Shown: positions 1 to 9,081 of the stretch, one piece after another
Layout of the letters: each line of letters begins with the position of its first letter
Position numbering within the stretch: the first letter of the stretch is position 1
Assembly (NCBI GenBank): GCA_964195565.1
Contig: CAXMRN010000117.1
Location: 4,087 to 68,086, forward strand
DNA length: 64,000 nt
Direction: 5' to 3'
DNA from: an uncultured Polyangiaceae bacterium
GTDB lineage: Bacteria > Myxococcota_A > Polyangia > Polyangiales > Houyiibacteriaceae
Position numbers and translations under genes: made by a program
The notes under the pieces: generated by a model
Database searches by the model: none
Told to the model about the DNA's origin: nothing
The model's input: the letters and a program-made list of their open reading frames with translations, nothing else

Positions 1-405
1 GTCGAGCTTCCCCTCCAGATCGAGCAGAATTCGTTCGACCGTCCTCTTGCCGACGCCAGAGATCCCCTTGAAGGCCGCCTTGTCTTGGCGGGAGACCGCA
101 TCTTGAAGCTCCGCGGCGTTCATCACTCCAATGATCGCGAGCGCCAGCTTCGGCCCGATGCTGCTCACTTTGAGCAGAGCGCGAAACGCGGTGCGGTCGT
201 CGGACGTTGCAAAGCCGAACAGAGTCATCGCGTCTTCGCGCACATGCGTGTGAATATGCAGCGAGACCACCTGCCCCGGCTCGGACCCGGCGCGTCCTGC
301 CGCGCCAAGCGGCAGGAAGACCTCGTACCCGACCCCATTCACGTCGACGATGACCGAGCCATCCCCTTCTCGATGCTCGATCGCCCCAGTAAGCCTCCCG
401 ATCAC
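1..405 (-). CDS. ruvA: Holliday junction branch migration protein RuvA (3' end runs off the window)
   Basis: Hand translation from GTG at 405: MIGRLTGAIEHREGDGSVIVDVNGVGYEV...HTHVREDAMTLFGF...LLKVSSIGPKLAL...ISGVGKRTVERILLDL. Lies downstream of ruvC. Not in the ORF track because it is truncated. Confidence 0.95.
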   Translation of the reverse strand, partial: MIGRLTGAIEHREGDGSVIVDVNGVGYEVFLPLGAAGRAGSEPGQVVSLHIHTHVREDAMTLFGFATSDDRTAFRALLKVSSIGPKLALAIIGVMNAAELQDAVSRQDKAAFKGISGVGKRTVERILLDLEGKLD

Positions 406-450
406 GGGGCCGAGCCTATCAGGTTACTGAACAGGTGTCCCCTTTTGTGG

Positions 451-582
451 GCCAGCCCCAGTGTCAGCCCCAACGCCAGCGCCAGTGCCAGCGCCAGCGC
501 CAGCGCCAGTGCCAGCGCCAGCGCCAGCGCCAGCGCCAGTGCCAGTGCCAGTGCCAGTGCCAGTGCCAGTGCCAGTGCCAGC
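451..582. repeat. Hexamer tandem repeat (GCCAGY)n
   Basis: 18 consecutive GCCAGC/GCCAGT units at 475-582, preceded by 4 degenerate units from 451. Intergenic between ruvC and ruvA. Confidence 0.95.
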
Positions 583-780
583 GGCCGCCAACCGCGATCC
601 GCCCGACCGCGCCTCCGCCGACCGCCGACCGGCTGATCGCAGACCGCCGACCGAGGCTCGCGGCTAGGCGGCTCGCGGCTCGCGGCTAGGCGGCTCGCGG
701 CTAGGCGGCTAGGCGGTTCGCGGCTAGGCGGCTCGCGGTCTGCGGTTGGGCGGTCTGCGGCTAGGCGGCTCGCGGCTGGG
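583..780. repeat. Two opposed blocks of 7/8-mer tandem repeats
   Basis: About 585-654 has CCGCCGA-like units; about 655-780 has alternating GCGGCTC / GCGGCTAG / GCGGTCT units. The two blocks are roughly reverse complementary. Confidence 0.85.
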
Positions 781-796
781 CGATAAGCGGCGTGCG

Positions 797-1282
797 TCAG
801 CGGGCGATGGCGCTGGAGCGGCTTGCCTGGATATGAGTGATTGCGACGGCGAGCGCGTCTGCCGCGTCTTCCTCGGGTGGCTGTTTCAATCCGAGGAGCG
901 CGGTGATCAACCGACCCACCTGCGTCTTGTCTGCCGCCCCTCGTCCGACCACTGTGCGCTTGACGATCGCGGGCGGGTATTCGTGCACTTCGAGCTCGGA
1001 CTCCGCGGCGGCCAAGAGCGCCACGCCGCGGGCGTGGCCTAGCTTCAAGGCCGCGTTTGCGTACTTCGCGAAGAAAATCTCTTCGACTGCGACGACCCCC
1101 GGCTCGTGCTCGGCGATGACCTGGCGGAGGCCCTGGTGGATCATGTAGAGCCGTTTCGCGAGCGGCAGCTTCTCCGGGACGGCGATGGTCCCCGCCCCCA
1201 GGTGACGGAGCCGGGTGCCCTCGAGTTGCACCACACCCCAACCGGTTCGGCGGCTCCCTGGGTCGATGCCCAGCACACGCAT
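797..1282 (-). CDS. ruvC: Holliday junction resolvase RuvC
   Basis: MRVLGIDPGSRRTGWGVV, VAVEEIFF, KLGHARG and DAADALAVAITH motifs. Start trimmed to ATG 1282. Confidence 0.96.
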   Translation of the reverse strand: MRVLGIDPGSRRTGWGVVQLEGTRLRHLGAGTIAVPEKLPLAKRLYMIHQGLRQVIAEHEPGVVAVEEIFFAKYANAALKLGHARGVALLAAAESELEVHEYPPAIVKRTVVGRGAADKTQVGRLITALLGLKQPPEEDAADALAVAITHIQASRSSAIAR

Positions 1283-1289
1283 CGGCGGC

Positions 1290-2036
1290 TCAGCCCATTT
1301 CCTCGAGCGCATGCTCGCTGAGTTCGAAGTCGGAAAATACGTTCTGGACGTCGTCGTTGTCTTCGAGCGCTTCGTACAACTGGACCAGTCTTTCGGCGTC
1401 TTTTCCCTCGACGACCTTGGGATTGTTGGGGATGTAGGCGAGCGCGGCCTCACGCACCGTGGTGCCCGCCGAATCGATTGCGTCGCGAACCACATCGAGA
1501 TCGTTGCGAGCCGTCGTGATCACCCACTCTTCTCCGAGCAGCTCCATGTTCTCTGCGCCGCCGCCCACAGCTGCTTCGAAGAGCTCGTCTTCAGTGGCCG
1601 CGTTCTCGTCGACCCGGATGATGCCCTTTTGCTCGAACGCCCAAAGCGCCGAGCCGTTGCTGCTGATCTGCCCGTGGTTCTTGTCGAACACCTTTCGGAC
1701 CTCGGCAATCGTTCGATTGCGGTTGTCGGTGACCACCTCGCACAGGAACAGAGCTCCGTCGGCGCCGACGCCCTCGTAGAGCAGCTCCTCATACTGGACG
1801 CCCTCGAGCTCGCCGGTCCCCTTCTTGATCCCCCGGGTGATGTTCTCCGCCGGCATGTTCACCCCGCGGGCCAAGTCGATCGCCCGCCGCAGCCGCGCGT
1901 TGCCATCCGGATCGCCGCCGCCCGAGCGCGCCGCGATGGTGACCTCTTTGATGGCTTTCGTGAACAACTTGCCGCGCTTGGCGTCCTGAGCACCCTTGCG
2001 CCGCTTAATTGTCGACCATTTACTGTGGCCACTCAT
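1290..2036 (-). CDS. yebC: YebC/PmpR family protein
   Basis: MSGHSKWSTIKRRKGAQDAKRGKLFTK N-terminus, TDNRNRT and LEDNDDVQNVF. Classic yebC-ruvC-ruvA order. Confidence 0.96.
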   Translation of the reverse strand: MSGHSKWSTIKRRKGAQDAKRGKLFTKAIKEVTIAARSGGGDPDGNARLRRAIDLARGVNMPAENITRGIKKGTGELEGVQYEELLYEGVGADGALFLCEVVTDNRNRTIAEVRKVFDKNHGQISSNGSALWAFEQKGIIRVDENAATEDELFEAAVGGGAENMELLGEEWVITTARNDLDVVRDAIDSAGTTVREAALAYIPNNPKVVEGKDAERLVQLYEALEDNDDVQNVFSDFELSEHALEEMG

Positions 2037-2121
2037 GCCGCCCCGTTATCCGATGGAATTCATTGATTTTCAAGCCGATCTAGCCAGTGAATACGCCATT
2101 CGCCCATGCGTCGAACCTCTT

Positions 2122-2916
2122 ATGAAACGCTTCGGGATTCTCATCATCGCGCTCTTTGGCCTCGCTGGCTGCAACAACGACTCACGATACGTCTGCATTT
2201 CGGACGGACCGCTCAGCGATCGCGGCTGCTTCCTATGCCAGGGGGACGAGTGCGATCCCCAACCGGCGCCGCAGCGGGCCCTGTGTGTCGCCGACACCGA
2301 CTGTGCGGTGGGGGCAGTCTGCACCACCCTCGGCTGCGTCGGTGAATGCGCCGACGAATACGAATGCCCGGTTGGGACGACCTGCGCGGACAACGGACTC
2401 TGCCTCAACCCCCTCGAAGAAGAACCTGACCCACCTCCCTTCCGCTGCCAGTTCAACTTCGAGTGTGGCGACTCCCGCATCTGCATCGACGGCGAGTGTT
2501 TGAGCACCTGCCTCGACGCGCCCTGCCCGGAGACGCAGGAGTGTGTGGCCGGTGCTTGCCGCCCGTGCGCCGACGAGAGCTGCCTCACGAGTTGCACTGA
2601 CGACGCCAACTGCGCCGACCACGAGTACTGCAGCTCGTTCCAATGCATCCCGGACACGCGTCCTGAACAGTTCTGCCCCGACAACGCGTGTCAGCCGGGC
2701 CGAGTTTGTGTCCGTGGCCAGTGCCGCACCCCGTGTGAGACCGACGATGAATGCGCGCGCATCGACGCCACAATCCGCTTCTGTGCGCCCGTCGAGGAGC
2801 AGAACCTTTGCGTCCGTAGCAGTGAGGTGCTGGCAGAGTGTCAGCTCAACATCGATTGCGGGCTCGGCGAAGAGTGCGTGGATGGCGCCTGCTCGGTCAG
2901 CTCCGAGTCGCCCTGA
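2122..2916 (+). CDS. Cysteine-rich repeat lipoprotein
   Basis: MKRFGILIIALFGLAG|C lipobox, followed by repeated C-x4/5-C-x5-C-x4-C units (e.g. CVADTDCAVGAVCTTLGC). 39 Cys in 264 aa by hand count. Confidence 0.85.
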   Translation: MKRFGILIIALFGLAGCNNDSRYVCISDGPLSDRGCFLCQGDECDPQPAPQRALCVADTDCAVGAVCTTLGCVGECADEYECPVGTTCADNGLCLNPLEEEPDPPPFRCQFNFECGDSRICIDGECLSTCLDAPCPETQECVAGACRPCADESCLTSCTDDANCADHEYCSSFQCIPDTRPEQFCPDNACQPGRVCVRGQCRTPCETDDECARIDATIRFCAPVEEQNLCVRSSEVLAECQLNIDCGLGEECVDGACSVSSESP

Positions 2917-4388
2917 GTCGGTTTGGGGCGACTCGCCTCGAGGAGGCTCGTCACGCCCACATACATGAATCCAGTGCAAAACAGGAGCAGGAAGGGCACG
3001 CTCGCCCAACTTTGGGTGGCGATCGCGATGGCAAGCGTAGCCGTGCAGTAGAGCCCGAACGCAAGCTCGACCGTCGTGTGCCAGGGCCATCGCCCCCGGT
3101 AGCCTTCCGCTCCCGAGCTCAGCTCTGCGCCGACATCGCCGCGCTTGGGGGTTCGAACGAACTCGACGTCGTGGCCGAACAACCCCTCCACAGCCGCGCG
3201 TCCGTTGTTGATCGCGAGCCCGATACCAAGCGCCATCATCAGCGGCAGCCGCTTCATCGCCTGCCAATACCCGCCGTACAGATCGTGGTGGGCGACGACG
3301 TAGAACGCCGCGACCGAGCCGAAGGTGGCCAAGAACAGGGGTGCGTCGAGCATCAGCAGCTCGGGATGCTCCAGCTTGCGACGAATCAGCATGTTGGGCA
3401 GCTGTAGCGCAGCCAAGACGAGAAGGAACACGTACGCCAAGTTGTTGGTCAGGTGCAAGACTGCCTCGGCCTTCACTTGGTACGCCACCGGCGCGCAGAG
3501 GATCCGGCCCAGCAGCTTTCGTGCAGTCTGAACCGAGCCCTTGGCCCAGCGGTATTGCTGCCCCTTGAAGCTGTTCATGTCGCACGGGAGCTCCGCGGGC
3601 GCGGTCACTGTCGGCGCGTAGACGAACTTCCAACCCGCGAGTTGCGCCCGGTAGCTGAGGTCCATGTCCTCTGTGATCGTGTCGTGCTGCCAGCCACCTG
3701 CATCGACGATAGCTGTCCTGCGCCACATCCCAGCCGTGCCGTTGAAATTGAAGAAGCGCCCCGAGCGGTGGCGTGCGGCGTGCTCGATGACGAAGTGCCC
3801 ATCGAGGAGCATGGCCTGGCAGCGTGTCAGCGCCGATCGGTCGCGATTCAGGTGGCCCCATCGGGCCTGCGCCATGGCCACCGAGGGGTCCTCGAAGAAG
3901 TGAACCAAGTCCCGGATGATCGAGGCCCCCGGGACGAAATCTGCATCGAATATCAGAATGAGCTCCCCTTTGGCTCGCTCCATTCCGGCTTCGAGCGCGC
4001 CGGCCTTGTAGCCGACGCGGTCATCGCGGTGCAGATAGACGACGTCGAGCCCGTCCTTGCGTAGCGCGTCGCATTTGGCCCTCGCCAGGATCGAGGTCGC
4101 ATCCGTCGAATCGTCGAGAATCTGGATTTCGAGGCGGTCGCGTGGGTAGTCGAGCCGCCCGGCGGCTTCGATCAGCCTTTCGGCCACGAAAAACTCGTTG
4201 AACATCGGGAGCTGCACGGTGACGACCGGCAGATCAGCCTCGGCGAAGCGCGATCGAGGAGTCGTCTGCTCCCGACGGTGTCGCAGGTACAGCCACAGCA
4301 ACCCGGTTCGATGAACCCCGTACAGCGCCAGCACTCCGAGCGTGACCAAGTAAAGAACGATGACCAGTGTCTGCACGATGGTTTCCAC
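2841..4388 (-). CDS. Processive GT2 glycosyltransferase (cellulose-synthase-like), membrane-bound
   Basis: VQLPMFNE, DDSTD, KAGAL, DADF, FNGTAG, TED and QQYRW motifs, with N- and C-terminal TM helices. Confidence 0.9.
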   Translation of the reverse strand: METIVQTLVIVLYLVTLGVLALYGVHRTGLLWLYLRHRREQTTPRSRFAEADLPVVTVQLPMFNEFFVAERLIEAAGRLDYPRDRLEIQILDDSTDATSILARAKCDALRKDGLDVVYLHRDDRVGYKAGALEAGMERAKGELILIFDADFVPGASIIRDLVHFFEDPSVAMAQARWGHLNRDRSALTRCQAMLLDGHFVIEHAARHRSGRFFNFNGTAGMWRRTAIVDAGGWQHDTITEDMDLSYRAQLAGWKFVYAPTVTAPAELPCDMNSFKGQQYRWAKGSVQTARKLLGRILCAPVAYQVKAEAVLHLTNNLAYVFLLVLAALQLPNMLIRRKLEHPELLMLDAPLFLATFGSVAAFYVVAHHDLYGGYWQAMKRLPLMMALGIGLAINNGRAAVEGLFGHDVEFVRTPKRGDVGAELSSGAEGYRGRWPWHTTVELAFGLYCTATLAIAIATQSWASVPFLLLFCTGFMYVGVTSLLEASRPKPTQGDSELTEQAPSTHSSPSPQSMLS

Positions 4389-4412
4389 GAATATGAAAGA
4401 TGCGCCGCGAAG

Positions 4413-5867
4413 TTACGCGGAGGGCACCTCCGCCGCTGTTGCGATCTCGGCGGCCGCTCGGAGACGCGCGAGAGTCTTCTCTTTTCCGAGCACTTCCATC
4501 ACCTCGAAGAGCCCTGGGCTTCGGGTGCGCCCCGTCATCGCGACGCGCGCGGGCTGCGCGACTGCCTTCATGGGGAGCTCGTTCTCCTCGAGCCAAGCCT
4601 TCACTGTTGCATCGAGGGGGTCCTTGGCGAACGGCTCGACTCTCTCGACCACGTCCGCGAGTTGTAGCAGCGCCTGCGCATTGCTGGGCACCAGAAACTT
4701 TCGTTTTCCTTTGGCCTCGAACTCGACGTCCCGGAAAAAGTACGCGAGCGCTTCGGCGACGTCGACGAAGGTCTCGGCCCGCGGCCTCACATACGGGACC
4801 GCCTTCAGCAGAACGGGGTCGTCGGCTTCGATTTGGATCCCGATCGCGGCCAAGAAGGGGACCGCCCCGCGCGCAATCTCCTCGTCGGAGAGCATTCGAA
4901 GATGCTCCGCCTGCACGTGAAGGAATTTCTTTGCGTCGTACCGACCGGCCGTGGAGCCTACGTGGTCCCAGCTGAACTTCTCGATGAGCTCCTGGCGGGT
5001 GAAGATCTCCTGGTCCCCGTGCGACCAGCCGAGGCGAGCCAAATAGTTGAGAACGGCGTCCGGCAGGTAGCCCATGTCGCGGTACTCGAGGACGCCTACC
5101 GCGGCGTGGCGCTTCGAGAGCTTCTCGCCGTTAGGTGCCAGCACCATCGGCATGTGCGCGAAGGTCGGAACGCTCGCGCCTAGCGCTTCGTAGAGAAGAA
5201 TCTGAGGTGCGGTGTTGATCATGTGATCATCACCACGGGCCACGAGGGTAACGCCCATCGTCAGGTCATCCACCACGCAGCCGAAGTTGTAGAGCGGCAT
5301 CCCATCGGGACGAAGCAAGATGAAGTCCTGCTGTGTAGAGTTCAGGATGTCGATCTTGCCTTTCACCTCGTCGACCCAGCTCGTGGTTCCTTCGTGCGGG
5401 GCGCGGAACCGGATTACATGACGGGCGTCCGGACCTTCGGGCGCGTCGGTTCGGTCCCGCCACGGGCTCTGAAAACGGAAGCCGTCTTTGGTGCCGCTCT
5501 TCTGGTGTGCTTCCCGCGCCGCGGCGATTTCCTCTTTGGTCGCGTAGCAACGATAGGCGTGGCCAGACTGAATCAGCTTCTCGGCATATTCGGCATAGAT
5601 GTCGAGCCGCTCGCTCTGTACATAGGGGCCGTGGTCGCCTCCAACCCCCGGGCCTTCATCCCAGTCGAGGCCGAGCCAACGCATTGATTCGAGCACAATC
5701 TGAATGCTCTCCTCGGTGCTGCGTTCACGATCGGTGTCCTCGATTCGGAGGATGAAGGAGCCCCCGTGTCGGCGCGCCCACAACCAACTGTAGAGCGCCG
5801 TCCGCACCCCACCGATGTGCAAGTACCCCGTGGGCGAAGGCGCAAACCGAACGCGAACTTCCGACAT
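4413..5867 (-). CDS. gltX: Glutamate--tRNA ligase
   Basis: VRFAPSPTGYLHIGG, LRIEDTD and KLSKR motifs, plus C-terminal anticodon-binding domain. Start trimmed to ATG 5867. Confidence 0.96.
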   Translation of the reverse strand: MSEVRVRFAPSPTGYLHIGGVRTALYSWLWARRHGGSFILRIEDTDRERSTEESIQIVLESMRWLGLDWDEGPGVGGDHGPYVQSERLDIYAEYAEKLIQSGHAYRCYATKEEIAAAREAHQKSGTKDGFRFQSPWRDRTDAPEGPDARHVIRFRAPHEGTTSWVDEVKGKIDILNSTQQDFILLRPDGMPLYNFGCVVDDLTMGVTLVARGDDHMINTAPQILLYEALGASVPTFAHMPMVLAPNGEKLSKRHAAVGVLEYRDMGYLPDAVLNYLARLGWSHGDQEIFTRQELIEKFSWDHVGSTAGRYDAKKFLHVQAEHLRMLSDEEIARGAVPFLAAIGIQIEADDPVLLKAVPYVRPRAETFVDVAEALAYFFRDVEFEAKGKRKFLVPSNAQALLQLADVVERVEPFAKDPLDATVKAWLEENELPMKAVAQPARVAMTGRTRSPGLFEVMEVLGKEKTLARLRAAAEIATAAEVPSA

Positions 5868-5915
5868 GGCCGGAGAGCTACCTGCCCCCCGTGACCGGGT
5901 CAAGCGAAGGGCAGG

Positions 5916-6320
5916 CTAGCCCTGGCCGGTCGGCGTCGGGTTTGCTTGAAGTACGCCGCTAAACGAGTCGCGGTAGCTCCACGCCAAGAAGAGCTGCATT
6001 GCGACGAGGAAGATCGCCATGCCCAACCCTGCCTGGTCCAAGAACGTGTGGAACAGCAGGATGCTGACCGACACAGGCGCCAGCAGAATCAGGCCGAGGG
6101 GAAGGAACCGCCCGGTCAGAATCATCAGTCCCGAGACCAGCTCGACCAACTTCACGGCGATCATGAAGTATCCGGTCCCGACCAACGCGCCCATGAACGA
6201 CCCTGCGGCCTCGTTCATCTCCGGCGCCGGAATGAAACTGAACTGGAAGAACCCGTGCAAACCAAACACGACGAAGATCAATCCCAACAACACACGCGCT
6301 CCGATTACGGCAAACTTCAT
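5916..6320 (-). CDS. DoxX-family membrane protein
   Basis: ARVLLGLIFVVFGLHGFF...GYFMIAVKLVELVSG; 4 hydrophobic helices. Confidence 0.8.
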   Translation of the reverse strand: MKFAVIGARVLLGLIFVVFGLHGFFQFSFIPAPEMNEAAGSFMGALVGTGYFMIAVKLVELVSGLMILTGRFLPLGLILLAPVSVSILLFHTFLDQAGLGMAIFLVAMQLFLAWSYRDSFSGVLQANPTPTGQG

Positions 6321-6439
6321 ATGACGCTCCCTTTTTTTGGTCCTCAGACCGAACGATCGATAAAGCCTCTTGGCGCAACGTTAACCCCCCGGCCCGGAGG
6401 CCCCCAATTTCACGCGTGAATCCCCTTGACCGGGGCTGA

Positions 6440-7810
6440 ATGGCTGCGCAGGCTCCGCGGCTGATGGGAGCGCCTGAGGTTCTGATCGAGCGGCTCAACC
6501 GCGGCGTCCGAAAGCGCAACGCGAAGCTGACGTTCGTGCGCGACCAGGCGTTTGGCGAGGCGCTTACCCTCCGTAGGTTCCAACTGGGCAACGGGCTTAC
6601 CGTGTTGACACTCGTGGACCGTTCCGCGCCGACCGTCAGCTACCATACATGGTTTCGCGTCGGCTCGCGGCATGAGCGTCCGAGCAAGACCGGGCTCGCC
6701 CATCTGTTCGAGCATCTGATGTTCAGTGAGACGAAAAACCACCCGAATGGTGACTTCGATCGTTTGATGGAGAGCGCCGGCGCGGAAGCCAACGCGGCGA
6801 CTTGGACCGACTGGACCTGCTACTACGAGAACGCGCCCCGGGACGCGTTACCGCTCCTCATCGAACTCGAAGCGGACCGGATGTCGAATCTCGTGCTGCG
6901 CACACCGCAAGTCGCCTCTGAAAAAGAGGTCGTCGCCAACGAACGCAAGCAGCGCGTGGACGACGACGTTGAAGGCAAGGCACTCGAGCTGCTGTACGAG
7001 AACGCGTTTCGGCGCCATCCGTATCGTTGGCCGACCATCGGTTGGATGAAAGACATCCGCGGCTTCACCGTGCGAGATTGCCAAGACTTCTATCGGACGC
7101 ACTACGCGCCGAGTAACTGCACCGTCGTGGTCGCCGGTGACTTTGACGAACGCAAAGCCCTCTCCCTGGTGCGGAAGCACTACGGTGGCATGTCCGCTCC
7201 GCGCACGGCCCGGCACCGGAAGCAACCCGAGGAGCCGACCCAACGCGCAGAGCGTGTGCTCCAGCTTTCAGCGCCGACACCGACTGAGAAGCTCCTCCTC
7301 GGGTATCACGCGCCTTCGTTCTCCGATCCAGACACCCCGGCTCTGGTTATCGCCAACGATGTGTTGTTCGGGGGTCTCAGCTCGCGACTCCACCGGCTGT
7401 TCTGTCTCGATGAGGAGCTCGCGCTGTCCGTCCGTGGTTCGATTTCACCGTTCATCGATCCGGGGCTCTTCGAGATGTGGATCTTTCTCCGAGAAGGAAA
7501 GCGCAAAGAGGATGCACTTGCGCTTCTCGACCGGGAGATCGCGCGACTCGGATCCGAGGGCCCGACCACGCTGGAGCTCGACAAAGCGATCAATCAACTC
7601 GAGCTTTCCTTCTTGCACAGCATGGAGACGGCCGGCGGGAAGGCGGAGCAGATCGGATTCTACGAGACCGTCGCCGATGATGGCGCCGCCGTGTTCGATC
7701 GCCTCGAAGCCTACCGCGGTGTCACCAGCGACGCCGTGAAGCGGGTCGTAGTGAAGTACCTTCGTCCTTCTCGCCGCACACGAGTCGAGGTCCTGCGAAA
7801 CGCGTCATGA
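6440..7810 (+). CDS. M16B zinc peptidase, catalytic subunit
   Basis: VGSRHE...GLAHLFEHLMF (inverted HxxEH), NAAT, HPYRWPTIGW. Confidence 0.93.
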   Translation: MAAQAPRLMGAPEVLIERLNRGVRKRNAKLTFVRDQAFGEALTLRRFQLGNGLTVLTLVDRSAPTVSYHTWFRVGSRHERPSKTGLAHLFEHLMFSETKNHPNGDFDRLMESAGAEANAATWTDWTCYYENAPRDALPLLIELEADRMSNLVLRTPQVASEKEVVANERKQRVDDDVEGKALELLYENAFRRHPYRWPTIGWMKDIRGFTVRDCQDFYRTHYAPSNCTVVVAGDFDERKALSLVRKHYGGMSAPRTARHRKQPEEPTQRAERVLQLSAPTPTEKLLLGYHAPSFSDPDTPALVIANDVLFGGLSSRLHRLFCLDEELALSVRGSISPFIDPGLFEMWIFLREGKRKEDALALLDREIARLGSEGPTTLELDKAINQLELSFLHSMETAGGKAEQIGFYETVADDGAAVFDRLEAYRGVTSDAVKRVVVKYLRPSRRTRVEVLRNAS

Positions 7811-9081
7811 GCGTCTTTATCGAGTCGAGCGACGTGCTCCCCATCGTCGATCTGGAGATCGCGCTTCCGGTGGGAAGTCTTCAAGACCCGGCCGGCCAGG
7901 AAGGGCTCGCGCAGCTCACCGGGCACCTCATGCGACGCGGGCCTCGCGGGCTTTCGCAGGAGCGGTTCGAGGACCGACTCGCCAGCCTGGGCGCTCGAAT
8001 GTCCGTGGAGGTGTCGATGCGCTCGACCCGTGTTCGCGCCACCGTCCTTCGACGTAACCTCGAGCCGTTGCTCGGACTCCTGGCCGATGTCGTCTGGGAA
8101 CCGGCACTGCGCGCGGGCGACTTCGCGAAGCTCAAGCGACGTGCCCAGGCCTCGCTCGTCGCGCGGCTCGACGACGATCAGACGTTGGGTGCGGTGTGTT
8201 TTCGCGAGGCTCTGTTCGGGGATCACCCCTACGGACGCACGCTGAGCGGGCATGGGGAGAGCCTTCGGCGCATCGGGGTCCAACAGGTCAAAGATTTCTA
8301 CGCACGGAACATCGCTAGGGGTTCGTTTCTCGTCGGCGTTTCGGGGGACGCAGACGAAGGCGAGGTTAGGGCCCTCATCGCGTCCCATTTTCCGAAGAGC
8401 CGTCGCGCCAAGAACAAGAGCTCGGACGTTCCTGCCACGCGCGTGCGCCGCGGCCGGCACGTGGTCATCGTCGACAAGCCCGAGCGGACGCAGACCCAGT
8501 TGTTCATCGGGACGCTCGGCGCGCGGACGCGCGACCGCAACTTGTTTCCCCTCATCGTGTCGAACACCGCGTTCGGCGGGACCTTCAGCGGCCCGTTGAT
8601 GCAACAAGTGCGCGCAGCGAGAGGGTGGAGTTATGGGGCGTACAGCCGGTTGCTCCACTCCACGCAACGGGATGCCTGGTACATGTCGACGGCACCGGCT
8701 GCCGAGTACTCCGCGGACTGCGCAGCTCTTCAACTCGACTTGCTCGAGCGCTGGGTCGAGCGAGGGACGACGAAGGCAGATCTCAAGTTCGCCCAACGCT
8801 ACCTGATCAACAGTCACTGCTTCGACCGCGACACACCGTCCAAGCGCGTCGAGTCGCGCGTCGATGTAGAGCTCTTGAACATTCCCCGGAGTTACGTCGA
8901 CAAGTACGACGAGCTCATCGGGAGGGTCACGAGGGAACAGGCCAACGATGCGACGCGCGCGAGGATCTCACCTCGTGACCTCACGATCGTGGTCGTGGCG
9001 ACGGCGAGCGAGGTGGCGCCCGCCTTCGAGCGGCTCCCCGGTGTGCGGTCACTCGAAGTCGTTCCGTTCGACCGGAATTAG
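7807..9081 (+). CDS. M16B peptidase, non-catalytic partner subunit
   Basis: GSLQDPAGQEGLAQLTGH lacks HxxEH; carries HPYG and VRAARGWSYG (R/Y pair). ATGA overlap with the upstream gene. Confidence 0.9.
   Translation: MSVFIESSDVLPIVDLEIALPVGSLQDPAGQEGLAQLTGHLMRRGPRGLSQERFEDRLASLGARMSVEVSMRSTRVRATVLRRNLEPLLGLLADVVWEPALRAGDFAKLKRRAQASLVARLDDDQTLGAVCFREALFGDHPYGRTLSGHGESLRRIGVQQVKDFYARNIARGSFLVGVSGDADEGEVRALIASHFPKSRRAKNKSSDVPATRVRRGRHVVIVDKPERTQTQLFIGTLGARTRDRNLFPLIVSNTAFGGTFSGPLMQQVRAARGWSYGAYSRLLHSTQRDAWYMSTAPAAEYSADCAALQLDLLERWVERGTTKADLKFAQRYLINSHCFDRDTPSKRVESRVDVELLNIPRSYVDKYDELIGRVTREQANDATRARISPRDLTIVVVATASEVAPAFERLPGVRSLEVVPFDRN

Noticed and set aside
451..780. Possible CRISPR array
   Set aside because: Units are 6-8 bp in tandem with no unique spacers, and there are no cas genes.
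85..1241. ORFs with poly-SA, poly-LA, QC/QR and PV/PA tracts (85-636, 402-1241, 435-689, 461-667)
   Set aside because: They are translations of the hexamer repeat in different frames, and the longer ones overlap ruvA or ruvC.
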